A DNA stretch of 64,000 bases, from NCBI GenBank assembly GCA_905178155.1, contig CAJINV010000001.1, positions 15,252,142 through 15,316,141 of the forward strand. Reading direction: 5' to 3'. Below the pieces are notes generated by a model. The model worked only from the letters and a program-made list of their open reading frames with translations, ran no database searches and was not told the DNA's origin. Source of the stretch: Amoebophrya sp. A120. Taxonomy: Eukaryota; Protista; Dinoflagellata. The translations under genes were made by a program, and so were the position numbers. Below are positions 1 through 11,892 of the stretch, one piece after another. Each line of letters begins with the position of its first letter. Within the stretch, counting starts at the first letter, position 1.

Positions 1-94
1 TGAGAAAAAGAAGAAAGACCCGAACAAGAGCGTGGCAGCTGCGGGGTCAGCAGCGCCCCCATCGTCCGCGGCGGCGCCAAGTGAGGAGGGATAG
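1..94 (+). CDS. 3' end of an upstream gene (partial)
   Basis: Frame 2 reads EKKKKDPNKSVAAAGSAAPPSSAAAPSEEG then TAG at 92-94. It is coding-like and on the same strand as all other genes. Confidence 0.55.
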   Translation, partial: EKKKKDPNKSVAAAGSAAPPSSAAAPSEEG

Positions 95-2071
95 TTGATG
101 TCTGCAGTATTGGCGCTCAGTCCTACCTCTGGACTGCCATTCGGTTTTGGAGATGAGATGCAAAAAAACAAAGTACAAGACTTCATCTCTATGCCAACGT
201 CATGAAAAAACAACGTGGTTGAAAGTTTTCCAATACGGAGAAATATCAATCGCTGTGGGAATATGCCGACGATCAATCTATTTTCCGTATCCATTTTTTT
301 TCTTTTCCAGCCGCCGAATGAAACAGTTTTGGTAGAGGCTTAAAATTTCAAAAAATTTTGCCTCACATCAACATCAAGTGATATTGAAAAGAAAAAGAGT
401 TTGCCATTTCCATTCGTCCGCGTGTCCGTGTGCAGTTGAGTGGATCTGCATTCCGGGTCGCCGGAGTTTTGTTCGATTTGGATTTCCTTTATTTTTTTCA
501 CCTGCTGTTGAGCATGAGGCATGCAGAGGTCTTAGAGTGACAACACTTTTTACCTCCAACACGTGCAAACTGTGCAACAGTGTAACGCTGCAAGAAAAGG
601 TTGAGCGCACCGAGGGCCACAATTGCAACGCTGTGCAGGAGGTAAGAGAGAAATAGGAGCGCGCCACACTTCTTGCGGTTGATCTGAGGCCTCACCTGGT
701 ATGGATAGCGTTGGGTTTCTTCTCTCACGTATGCCAAAGAATGTCGCCCCACACATCCCTCCGCGCTACCGCTACTGTACCGAGATGGTGCGCAATGGGA
801 TCGAGAATACGTGTGGGGACTGGGTTCGATATGCGTGCGGGCATTCCGCCTTCGCCAGGCCGGGCGTTTCTTCGTCTCCATTCAAGGGCCAGGACGCACC
901 AGCTCCGAAAATCAGCGGAAGCCCGGGGCAGGGGACACCCCCGGGCGATGACGCGAATGGATTCCGGCCCAGACTCCTCCTTGGCTGGCTCCGCGCGCGT
1001 TTGCGCGGTGTTGAGTTTGTCCGACGGGTGGCGCGCCCCGTGCCTCGGGCGCGGTTCGTTACTCCTCCAGAGGGCCTTCGCCTTCCTGCGCCGGGGGGCG
1101 GGCTACGGAAAAGGTTAGCGGACGAGGGGGCGCCCGAAATTTTGGCGGAAAATCTTCGGGGAGGACAAACTCCGACACGCAAGCGGCGCAAGATAGAGCC
1201 CGGGCGCCCTTCGGAGATCGCGGCGGGCGGTTGCCCCCTTCCCCTGGCCCACGCGGAAGCGAGGCCAGCGCTATTCGCAGAGCATGCACGCGTCGAAGCC
1301 CCACCGACAAGGAAGCGTCTTGGTTGCGCGAGAAGCAGGGGCAGTCGTGGGCCTTCCCCAGACCGCTCGCGCCGACATGATGGCAGCGCCCCTTGATATG
1401 AGCAGGCGCATCATGGTGGGGCACCGGCGCAGGGCCGGGCATCACTCAGCCCATGCGCCCCCGCGAAAAAAAGTTTTGCAATGATGTAGGCCGCAGGCGG
1501 GCAGCAGTCTGTCAAACGCTTCCGAGAAGGCTTCCTTGCCGCGTCATATGTACGTATTGACACAATGCGTGTAAAGTTTTCGTTCTTTTGTACTAGTTTT
1601 TGTTCACGAGATGGGGTGGGTGTTGAGAACGGAGAGGAAGCTGTGTTTTCCATTACTGCCGAGCGTGAGGCGCACACATGAGAGATCGCACGCACAAAAT
1701 GTTTCAGCGTGAGAAGTTGTTGCTGTGATTGCCTGGCTGGGCGGTAGTTTTGCGGCTTTTTATCCTGTTGTTCTACTTGTGTGTGACAGACTGTCACTGC
1801 GTTATATATGCGGGCGCGGCAGCTTCATTTCCTAGCAGAATATAAGCCAAAGCTTTCGCTTCGAGGTTTGTTATGAACCTTCAAATGAAGAGGAAGAGCA
1901 CGATAGCTGCGTGCCTCCGGTCGTCGGACCGTGAAGATGAAGTGAAAGGAATGATCCTGCCGGTGCGATCATGAGAAGGTAGACGCGAGAGATTCGCCAG
2001 TTTTGTTTAAAAGGAGCGCAACACGAGGATCAATCCCGGATCGGAACGGCGACGGAACATCACGGCCCACC

Positions 2072-3754
2072 ATGGCGAGCGCGACGGGGAACATCGTGGT
2101 AATCGAGCGCGACTCGCTCGACTATATGGAGAAGGAGCAGATCCAGTTCGACGACAGCGAGTACTACAACATGCGGGTCAACAAGCCACAAACGCTGCGG
2201 TTCGACCGATCGAAAATGGGGCGGTTGTTCGAGGAGATTTTTTTCGCTGGGTTCCTGCCGATGATTGTGTACTTCTCCAGCCTCTTCTTTCTGAGCACCA
2301 GCCTGCTGCGCCGCAATATCCCGAACGCCGGAACCTGGATCGCGCGGATTCTGGCGGTCTTGGTGGCGGTGGCGCTCGTTCTGTGGCCCGCCGGGTCACT
2401 GAAGAAGTCGACGTGGGACATACGGAAGACGAAGGTTATGGAATGGAAAGCAGTTACCTTCCTTTGGTACCAGCTGCTCTGCTTTCTCGTCGTCGGGATT
2501 TTCAGTATAGATTTTTTGGATGAAAGAAAGAATTTGACTGCTGTGCGCGCCTGTCCATTTCCAGTTTGTACTATTGCACGCTGTGACCACAGACAGATAC
2601 AAATTGATTCCTCCGCATTTCAGTTTGACACCGTGTTTACAGCGAAAGAACTTCAGGTATCGTCTACGCGGATACCATGTACACCGAGTACGTGATGCCG
2701 TACCAAAATTACTTGGACAAGAAGTGGATTGAGCAACCCATTTCTCCACTTCTCCAGTCGGGGCAGAACTTTCAAGATGCCGGCGTCGTGTCTTTCTCCG
2801 CAGACAGCTACATAGATCGGGCGCACAACGCCTGCTTTCGGTATTTTTGTGATGTTGTGTTGCTTGGCAGAGCTGTTTTGCTGTGACGCGGCTTTAACTA
2901 AATATTCCACTGTGTCGAACAAGTGCGTTCAATTCATTTCAAAATGCAAAACTCAACTTCTACTATCAGGGGCGCCGGCGTTTCGTATTGTGTCGTGCCC
3001 ATCGTGCAGGACACTGCGGGCACAGGCGACCGGACCCGGCTCCCCAGCAGCCCGACCGGGAGCTACGATTACTTCGCTGTGGGCACCGACTGCTGTAGTT
3101 GCCCGGGGACCGGCGATTTCCAGTGTGGCGATTGGGATTTTTCGGAGAGCATGGGTATCAAATGCAAAAATGTCTGGGTCTGGAAGATTGCGAGATTTGT
3201 CATGCTTGTCTGGGATGACCAGAAAGTTTGTGATGCGTGTCCAAGAAGAGAGCCTTTTGTCTGTCATGCAAAAACGCAGTTTGTCATGCGAAAAACGCAA
3301 TACAACGAACTGCAGACATTTCTCATGCTTGGGTGGGCATTGCAGAGCACTCACTATTCCCAACGCAGCATTACAAGTTTCCAGACCCAGACTGACATAT
3401 GTGCATTTGATAATGGGCGGACTTCGGCAACTCGAAATGGAGCAGCGAGCGTTTTACCAGCTGGCGGTCGAGCAGTGGGAAGCCGCGTGGAACAAAGACT
3501 CGAAGACGCCCTTGTTCTTCCACTGGAAGAACAAGCCCTACGTCCAAATGAAGTACCTTCGCGACGACTTCAGCACGAGCATCTTCATGACCACGCTCAC
3601 ACTGCTGGCGGTTTTGCTGTTTGTAGCCTGCGCGCAGAACCAGATCCGGAGCATGATCTACGAAAGCTATGAGCAAGAGTGGCTGTCCGCGGCCGCGAAT
3701 GCAAGGGAAAAGAAAGAAGCAGAACACGGGGAAAGGTCCTATGGCGCTGCTTGA
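2072..3754 (+). CDS. Multi-pass membrane protein of unknown function with a Cys-rich luminal domain
   Basis: Exons 2072-2504, 2657-2840, 2970-3155, 3418-3754. Introns are GT-AG at 2505-2656 and 2841-2969, plus a non-canonical intron at 3156-3417. The spliced frame is continuous (…GIFS/IVYADTMY…ACFR/GAGVSYCVVPI…FSESMG/GLRQLEMEQRAFY…). Several hydrophobic helices and the motif YDYFAVGTDCC…FQCGDW. Confidence 0.8.
3156..3412. mobile_element. TIR introner (non-canonical intron), family A copy 1
   Basis: TSD ATGGG at 3151-3155 and 3413-3417. Left end TATCAAATGCAAAAATGTCTGGGTCTGGAA; right end TTCCAGACCCAGACTGACATATGTGCATTTGATA. Removing 262 nt restores the frame. Homologous to 60753-61004. Confidence 0.92.
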
Positions 3755-4483
3755 TCACAACAATGCTACTCTACAAGTGAATTAGGAGCAGGACGATGAT
3801 GTAGTAAAAATGAACCCTCCTGGATGAATTGTGGGCCATTTTTTTGCCGTCACACATCCTACACCTGATTTTTTTCCCAGAAGTAAGTTTGAGCACGATG
3901 GATATGGAACACAAGCCATCGTGGCCAAAACTACTCCTGAACCTTAAACAAATGAACCTCGACGACTGGCAAAACTGTTGCAGATGAAAACCAAAACACC
4001 TCGCTGTACGATAGATCGCGCAGTGTTGTTGAAGACGGATCAGCAGCGTGCTTTCGTAGAAAAAACTGATCCAGCTTTTTGTTTGCAAAGTTCCACGACA
4101 GATACTAGATCTCAGCTTGATGCCATCACTGAATATTGGTTCTTACATACTTACACGGGAAATTTCGCGAGATGGAAGATCGACAAATTTTGGGTCGATC
4201 AGGCACTACCGCTAGCTTAGATCTTGGATCGCTTTTCGTCTTCTGATACTTGCTTTTATGGTTTTCGAAATCGTGATATTTCTCTTGCCTGCAGCCGCAG
4301 CGACAACACCAGCGATTTTTTAGCGACTCCCCATTGTATTGCGAATGTTTTTATGAACGTAAAGTTTTAATAGCACCTGCCGTGACTTCGCGCAGCCCCA
4401 GCTACGTGGGAGGTATGGTCTCGAATTTTCCCAACTCCACCAACCCCGACGACAGCGTCAGAAATAGTATTTAGTCAGCGAAA

Positions 4484-7400
4484 ATGCAGTGGGCCTCTCT
4501 TCGAGAGGAGCGCGTTTGCGACTTCCCGCGCGGAGCGGCGGGCCCGTATAATGGGCGTGCAGTTTCCTCCAGGCAGCTTGTCCTGCCACGCGGTGCGAAC
4601 GAGCGGATTCTGTCGCCAGCCAGAGGTATTGATGTGGACCTACTTCTGATAGATTCTAACGAGGCACTAAGTGAGATCTTGGTCGCGAATTTGATGATGT
4701 GCCGCTCAAGCAAGGTTTTTTCATTTTCTCACAATAAATGTAATCCTTCGCTAAACTGATGAATTTCAGCCTTCGAAGCCGGCCTTCTGATCGACGCTGG
4801 AAGTGGGTGTTACGCAGTGAGGTACGAGGGTACCACAGTTTGTCAAGAGGGTTTCGAAGTAGACGCTATCGAGGACCCGTTTCTGGAAGTGTACGATGTT
4901 AGTCCGGACGTCCGAAACCCCGGCAGCTACGTGCCGGGCACGGTGGTTTGGCGCATTGCCCTCCCCGACCCGCTGGCCACCGTGAATAACCGCAGCGACC
5001 AAAGCATTCACTACGCGATAGCAACCACCGGGGACGCGCTCTATTTGTACGTGCTTTTGACGACGTGCGTCGTTTACAAAATCCGGCTCACGCAGTCCCA
5101 GAGCCCGGGCTTCGAGCTGCAGCTGGTCAACGCCATGGAAATCGCCCAGCAGGACGCGTACAACGGGTTTCAGTCCTTTTCCGTGGCTGGCCCGAGCTGC
5201 GTGGTGTTCGGCACACTGGAGGGCTTGCGGGTTTGCAAGTTTGCGGAAGATGTGCTCCTGAGCGAGATGGACCAACAATTGAGATCATACACTGCATCCG
5301 GTGCGCAGTTGGCGCTGACGGACGGGGGGAACGAAGATGCAGCCATGAATACAGGTTCTTCTGACAACGAAGATCATGTGCTTGTCCCGCGGCTGCCGAA
5401 CGCGCCGCAGCACGACTTCCTGTGGTGCGAGGACAACAGGAAAGCGCAGAACCGGTTGACCAAGTTCGTCGGGTCAATTTTTTCCTCCTCCGCTCCGTCG
5501 CAAAAACCGCCTGACAGGAGTGTGCTCTTGACGCACACATACGACACGGATACTGAAGAAGTACTTGTGTACTCGGCGGACAACATTTTGCGCTTGGTGT
5601 CAACAAAGAGCGACGGTACTAGGGGCGACCCTGAGCATGTTCGGGTTCTTGCGGAGTGCACGGTCGACGAAGCTTTGAATGGGGAAGACCAGTTCTCGCT
5701 CCGCGTCGCGTCTCACAAGCACGCCCGCAAAGTCGTGATCGGCGCCAAGCAGCTGTTTCTGTTCGAGGTCCGGGAAGCGCATGAAATGGTAAATCATCGG
5801 TCTGGGAACACGAATTTGGCCAAGGTTTTACGGGCCAGGAGGGAAATCGTCACCACGCACACGGACCTGCTGCCATCCCACATCGCGCTCACGGAAACCT
5901 CGCTCTATGTTTGCTACACGCTGCTCGGAGATAGGACGGTATTTCTTACGTTTCTTGTAGCTTTTTTTTGTAAGAATTAGTGAGGCCTTTGCTGCTTTCA
6001 AACTGTTATTTGTGTCCACCTTATTTGATATTGGGGATCGGCCTCCTCCTAAATCAGAAAATGATACACGACTTGCAGGACGAGATTCTTCATGTAGACG
6101 CTTTTCCGGTGCAGGACCACGTAGACCTCGAGGACAGCGACGTTGTACACCCGGTCCGGTCCTGGACCCACTCGGACGACGCCGATTTCCGGGAGGAGGC
6201 GGAAGCCGTTGCCTACGCCGAATCGCCCGCGTTCCAGCAGTTCTTCGAGCAAGTGACTTCATTCCAAAGTGGTAACGAACCCGCGCAGCTGGCCGTGGGG
6301 GCGTCTGCGACCGAGTTCGTGCAGTTGTGGTGGGCGAGAAGAATTCTGAAACGAAATCGCTTTACCAGAAGCACGGTCGCGGAAGTGCTCCGGGACATGA
6401 AGTACGAGTCAAGCCGAGGGTTCAGCACCGGGAGCATGTCACCACCGGTACAGTGATGTGGTTATGTGTCTTACAACGTGAATGAAAGCGATCATAGTGA
6501 AGTGAGTATGCATTGATTCCGGCATGAAGCAACTTTCCAACAAATGCATTTCAGGTGGACGACTTTTCGTACGATGGTGGTCTCTCCCTCACCGCTGAGT
6601 CACTGGCTGCGTCCCTGCGACGCCTGCAAGAAAACTCGCGACAAGGGCAGCTGACGTTCTCCGAGGTTGCTTTTGAGTTCATCGAGAAGTGCCGGGATTA
6701 CGAGCGGAGCGGAAACACTACCCTCTCACTGACTCGTGTCCGCGCTTACAGGAGGGAGTGCGGGCAACACCACCGACTCCAGACGCATTTTGAGCCTGTG
6801 GCTCGGCTGACAGCAGCAGGCGTCTCGTTGTTGCGGCCCGTCGCGGACGAAGCGCTGCAGCAAGTCTGGACCACTTGCTCCACTTTCACGGCGCTTGGCG
6901 ACAAGAAATTCTACGCGTGCGAGGACGGCACACGTATGGGCGATTTGTCTCCCGGGGAAATGACCGGGGAGCGGGTGAGTCCCTGCTTGGTGCGCATGCT
7001 TCGGGCGGCGTTTGAACTCGCAGCATTCCTCAGGAAGCCGGAAACGCAGCCGGCGCTGGGCCTGCAGTTGTCCACAATAGCGTGCCTGCGACCGCAGTAC
7101 CTGGGGTCATTCCTCCAAGGGCTAAGGGACACGAATCTTCCCGAAGCAGCAGCAGCGGCCGTGAAAAAATCACTGGAAGGTATTTGACCACTTCGAAAAA
7201 GAGCCACTTCATGTTCATTCCCACTTGCAAGTAGATATGATGAGCTACATGGTGTTTTAATGTCTGGACTTCAGAGTGCCTCCAAAGGGAACAATGAAGA
7301 GCCAACACATAAAAGTAGATAGGGATAGCTGAAACTGCGAATTCACGACTGTACTAGTACCTTGTGTAGTCAAGAACGTCGAACGAAGTGATGAACCACC

Positions 7401-10400
7401 TGTGAATATGTCTGGACTTCTGAGCCTGTTTGGCACTGAAGAGACAGCACATAAATTGTAGATAGGGATAGCTGATATTTCTTGCTAGGCACGTAATACA
7501 GAAACATGTACACGCTCCTCTCCCTCGCTTTGTCGCGGTTTTGCGTCCGACAGGATGAATATGCATCGTCCTGAACGAAACTACTTTACGGTGCAACATT
7601 AACTATACAGAAATCGGCAACGTCGAAGAAGCCTGTGGGGAGTTACTTCGTCTGCTGCACCAGTCTGCAAACAATCCCGCTGTGCCCCAACCAGGGAACG
7701 CGACACGGCTACTCCCGCTGCGCCAGAATCCTCCGATGTCTTTTGCCCTGGGCGAGTGGCTGCAGGGGAGCATCGCGACCGCGGAGTTGGAAGTGACGAC
7801 GGACCTGATGACCAGTGTCCTTTTGTGGATGTACTACCACCAGTTCCCTTCTATCGGCGGCATGCATCTCGAAGATGACGACAATTTGATGGGGGGCGAC
7901 CAGGCAGCAGCGAGGGTGCGGCAATACTTGGAGCAGCAAGCCCCGTTCCAGCAGACGGTACAGCACTGCCTGGCCGAGCAGAGCGGAGCGACTCCGCCGG
8001 CACAGATGGGGAAGCCGTTCACGCTTCTCGATGAGTTTCTCTCGCTGAAGCATCTGCAAGCCGGGGCGACGGATATAATCATGTATGGAAACAAGAACAG
8101 CAACAGTCCCAGCAGGAGCCGGCCGTCAAATAGAGCTCAGCGGCCCATCTTCCAAAGATCGCCGCCGGGGTGTGGCTACGAAAGTCTGAACGCTGGCGTC
8201 TTACTAGCTCGCGCGGCGGTAAGCGCGGTGAAGACGTCGGTGCGAAGTGAGGGGGCGCAGGCACAGACGAGGTCGCTGTTTGACCAAATTGTGAACTACA
8301 CGAGCACTCTGCCGCTGCCACCAGACGCCCCGCGCGTGCCCTCCTCCTACTTCCAGGGCCGCGCCGTGCTCGAGGGTGCTGTCGCGGTGGGTGCGGACGA
8401 TGCTTTGGAGCTGGAAACGGCCGCGAGCGGCTTGTTTCAGACCGACGCGGAGAGCGGTTGCGTACATAACAACGGCATGTGGGCGGCAGTTCAGCAGGAG
8501 AATCCGAGCTGGGAGGCTTTGCTGGAGAGAACCGACAAATTGCTGATAGAAACAACTTCCTCGACCGCAACGAGTCCCGCCTTTGCTCCCGTCACCCCCT
8601 TGTTAAATTATTTTCTCCACGTCGCACAACTTTTTCTTGACTGCAACGAAATCCTGCACGCTTTGGATTTCATCACGAAGGCCGCAGAGCAAGCCGAGGA
8701 CTGTTGCGAACAGGCGTTTCACGACGCCGCGGCGCAGCTCCAGAATAGTGCGGACGGGGATCAAGAAGATGAAGAAGCAAAGCAGCACCGGGCGGCGGCC
8801 TCAGCCTCCGTGCTCGACGCGCTGGAAACCCTCGCGGGCCAGTGGTCCCTGCTTCCGTTCGACTTCACGCTCGAATACGGTTTATGGCAGGACGCGTTCT
8901 CCGTGTTGATCCGGCGCAAAAACACTTCCGAGTCCCCGGAAAACGCGAAGCTGGCGGAAAAACTTGCGCTCTCCCTGATGAACAAGGGCGCTTTGGATTA
9001 TTTGATCGAGTGGCTTCCCGACATGCCGGACTTCTACCAGGACGTGATTGAGAAGGTTCTCATACGCCACGAGCAGCACGACATCCTGTACACGCTCTAC
9101 CTCTCGCAGGGACGGTATCTGCAGGCCGCGTACGAGGCATTAACGTACATCCAAGCGCTGGAGAGAGAGGCAACCGAGAATCTGGTCAACGTCGCGCAAG
9201 AAGAACTGGACGTCGAAGACGTGATGAGTCCGACGGTGTTGGGTTTCGAAGGGGACGAGAACACCCGAGCAGGGTCGCTTGGTCTGCTCGAGCAAGGAGC
9301 AAATTCGGTTCCAGCGCAGAATCTCGGTCTCGGGCGACCGTTAGTTTACACGGAGTTCATGGGCACTTTCGCAACGTCCGATTCCAGAATAGCAGCGAAG
9401 ATGATGCAGCATAATTCATCCACGAAGAACCCGCAACATGATGCAGATCTTGTTGCCAAAGCGCGGCTGCTCGACAGGTTTTTGCGCGGCGCTGTGCCGG
9501 CGGATTTGCTGAAACAGCAGCAAAGGTCCATTTCCCGTGCGCTCATCGTGCTTCCGGAGTCTGGCTACGCACACGTGGACGTATCCCAAAGAACCGACGC
9601 GAAAGCACGTGTTCAGCACGGGTCAAAGGAGAAACGCGACGAAGCGTTACTCGCGGAAATCGTAGGTAGTGCTACCATTTCATCACCCGAACAACAACCC
9701 CTGTCGGAAGAGCAACAGCACGAGTTTGAGGAGATAAAACTCACCGAAGACGTGAAAATACTCTTCGACGAGGCGGAAAAACAGGCGGCTGAGACAGTGG
9801 TTACGGCGAAGGACTTGCACCGGTGGCGTTTGGTGCTAAAAGCGCGGCACTTCTTCGCGACCTGCCCGCTGCCTACTGTTGGGTACGATCAAGAGTTAGA
9901 CGCGCAAGTCATCGAGGAAATCCAGAGCACGAGGGAGTTGAGACAAGACACGCACAGCTCCTTTTCCTCCGTCCTACCGCTTCTGCACGATCCGCGGTAT
10001 TTGAGCGTGAAGCTCGCGCAGCAGGGCCTGGGAGTTGACGCGGTCAAGCTTTGCAAAAAGTTCGACGGAGTGGACATTTTCAAGTTCGCAATCAAACCTT
10101 TCTTGACCGTGGTGGTCCGGTGCGAGCGAGCGGAAAAGAGCCTGGTGACGACAAAACGATTCTTCTCGCAGCGAAGCCAAAACGACCAGCGGGTAAAACA
10201 GCAAGGACCGGACAATCTGACCGAGTTACTAGTGAAGCAGAACCGCGCGCGGGGCTGCTTGAGCGGTATGTTCCTGCACCACGATGGGCTGCAGTCCACG
10301 AAGCCGGCGACCCTGCAGAAGCACGGCGTGCTGAACCACATGAAATACACAACGAAAGCGCTGTGGCGGACAGCAGAGCAGCTGATCGTCAGCACCGGCA

Positions 10401-11132
10401 CGGCGCTGGAAGCGTCGGACTACCTCGTTTCCATCGGGGTGTACCCCTTGCCAGCGACGATCATGCAGTTCTTCCTGAAGTCCGAATACCAGAAAGATGT
10501 CAACCGCGCACCGGGCATGTTTTCCGAAGTGGAAAGAGATCAATTCTTCAGCGCCGACGCCAAGTCGCCCAGGAAAGTCCTGCAACTGGGCGAAAACAAA
10601 ATGACGCTGGGAGGAGGTGGGAGCTCTGGTTCCGCTGCGCCGTTTGTGGATGGACAAGAGGAGAAAACTGGCGACTTGACGAGCATGGAAGTAGAAGGAG
10701 ACGAGGACGAAGTCGATGCAACAGCCCGTTGGACCGACTTGCTCCGCATATTCCTCTACTACCAGCGATACGACGGAGTTCTGGAGCTGCTCGAAAAGAA
10801 GGTGAGTACCTAAGTAGATTTTAGCAAGCAGTTTTTCATCGATTCTCTATCTTATCACATTGTTCGTTGCTTTGTGCTTGCATTGCTCGACGCACGATGC
10901 GCTGATCGAAACGCTGACACTTTTATCTCCCATCTTCGATGAACAACAGGTTGAAAGGCGAGGCATCGCAGGCTTAGACGACGCGGAGTCGGTTCCAGTC
11001 GATTTGATTTTGCAGTGCAAACGCTCGCTGCAGCAACTCGTTGTGGACCAGGATACGACTCACCGCTTGGAAGACATCCAGGACTACATCGAGAGATTGG
11101 ATACCATCCTTGCGGATTTCAGGACCGACTGA
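4484..11132 (+). CDS. Nucleoporin Nup160/Nup120-like protein
   Basis: Exons 4484-4625, 4818-5938, 6058-6447, 6555-7179, 7611-10801, 10950-11132, all with GT-AG introns in matching phase. Beta-rich N-terminus followed by a helical region. HDILYTLYLSQGRYLQAAYEALTYIQALERE, GVYPLPATIMQFF and DLLRIFLYYQRYDGVLELL resemble the Nup160 C-terminal solenoid (recognised by eye). Confidence 0.65.
7233..7338 (+). ncRNA. Intronic box C/D snoRNA, copy 1 (dual guide)
   Basis: C box ATGATGA 7237-7243, D' CAGA 7272-7275, C' ATGAAGA 7294-7300, D CTGA 7329-7332. Guide GTAGATAGGGATAG pairs with conserved LSU CUGUCCCUAUCUAC. Guide ATGTCTGGACTT pairs with conserved SSU AGGUCCAGACAU. Ends are approximate. Confidence 0.85.
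7384..7480 (+). ncRNA. Intronic box C/D snoRNA, copy 2 (paralog of copy 1)
   Basis: C box GTGATGA 7388-7394, D' CTGA 7420-7423, C' CTGAAGA 7436-7442, D CTGA 7472-7475. Both guides are identical to copy 1 while the spacers have diverged. Confidence 0.85.
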
Positions 11133-11892
11133 GGGTGGACCATATTGCCTCCGTTGTAGAAACTGCGCAAGTTCCTCCAGCCCTGCACTTCTTCGCATAA
11201 GATTTGGGTGGTTGTAGTATCATGTATACAAAAAGAACAAAAACGACAAAAGGAAAGAAAGTACTAGAATCAAGGGACGAAGACGCGTCGTCCTTGCTCA
11301 CTCAGGCGAGTCATTCCAAGATTTTTTCCCGTCGCAGGATAATTGTTCTCGTCGTCTGCCCGAATTAAGGAAATAGCATACATCAGGAAGAAAATCCTTG
11401 GTTTTGACTGTACCTTGTAACGCAATGTTCGGGATCGATGGACCTATGACCAAGAAAGTATGAACCTACTGTCGTGATCGTGGGACGGGTCTGCATCCTG
11501 ATCGCATCTAGACTGTCGTGATCGTTGAGTAGCAATGGTTTGACAATTCGCTATCGCAATCGCATGTTGAAACATCGTCGTGGTTTGGTGAAGTCTCCAC
11601 AACGAGCTCTAAAGCCAATCTACAGGTCCCACAAGCACCTCCAAATGACTGAATTCAGAACAATACCTTGGCTATCGCTTTTGAATGTGATTGCCGATAG
11701 ACACAGACACCGCAGCTTGAAATTAGTACCATAAAGTTCTTAAAAAGCGTTTTTTGTTTGAAGAAAGCGGTTACTACGTACGTGATTCAACTGCATTATT
11801 GCACCAGAAACACGCACCCCTTTTCCTTTTGAAACTGCTCTTTCTCTATCCATTTCTTTCGTCTCGTTTCGCGCGATAAGCATACAGACAAG

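Noticed and set aside
2501-2660. TTCAG repeated at both ends of an intron that continues with TAT
   Set aside because: Removal as a TSD element gives a frameshift. The canonical GT-AG intron 2505-2656 gives the correct frame, and there is no TIR.
3240-3310. Short tandem units TGTCATGC-AAAAACGCA considered as CRISPR-like repeats
   Set aside because: Eukaryotic context, units too short, no unique spacers and no cas genes. They are internal introner motifs.
11468-11525. 14-bp direct repeat ACTGTCGTGATCGT
   Set aside because: Only two copies with a short spacer. Not an array and no associated structure.
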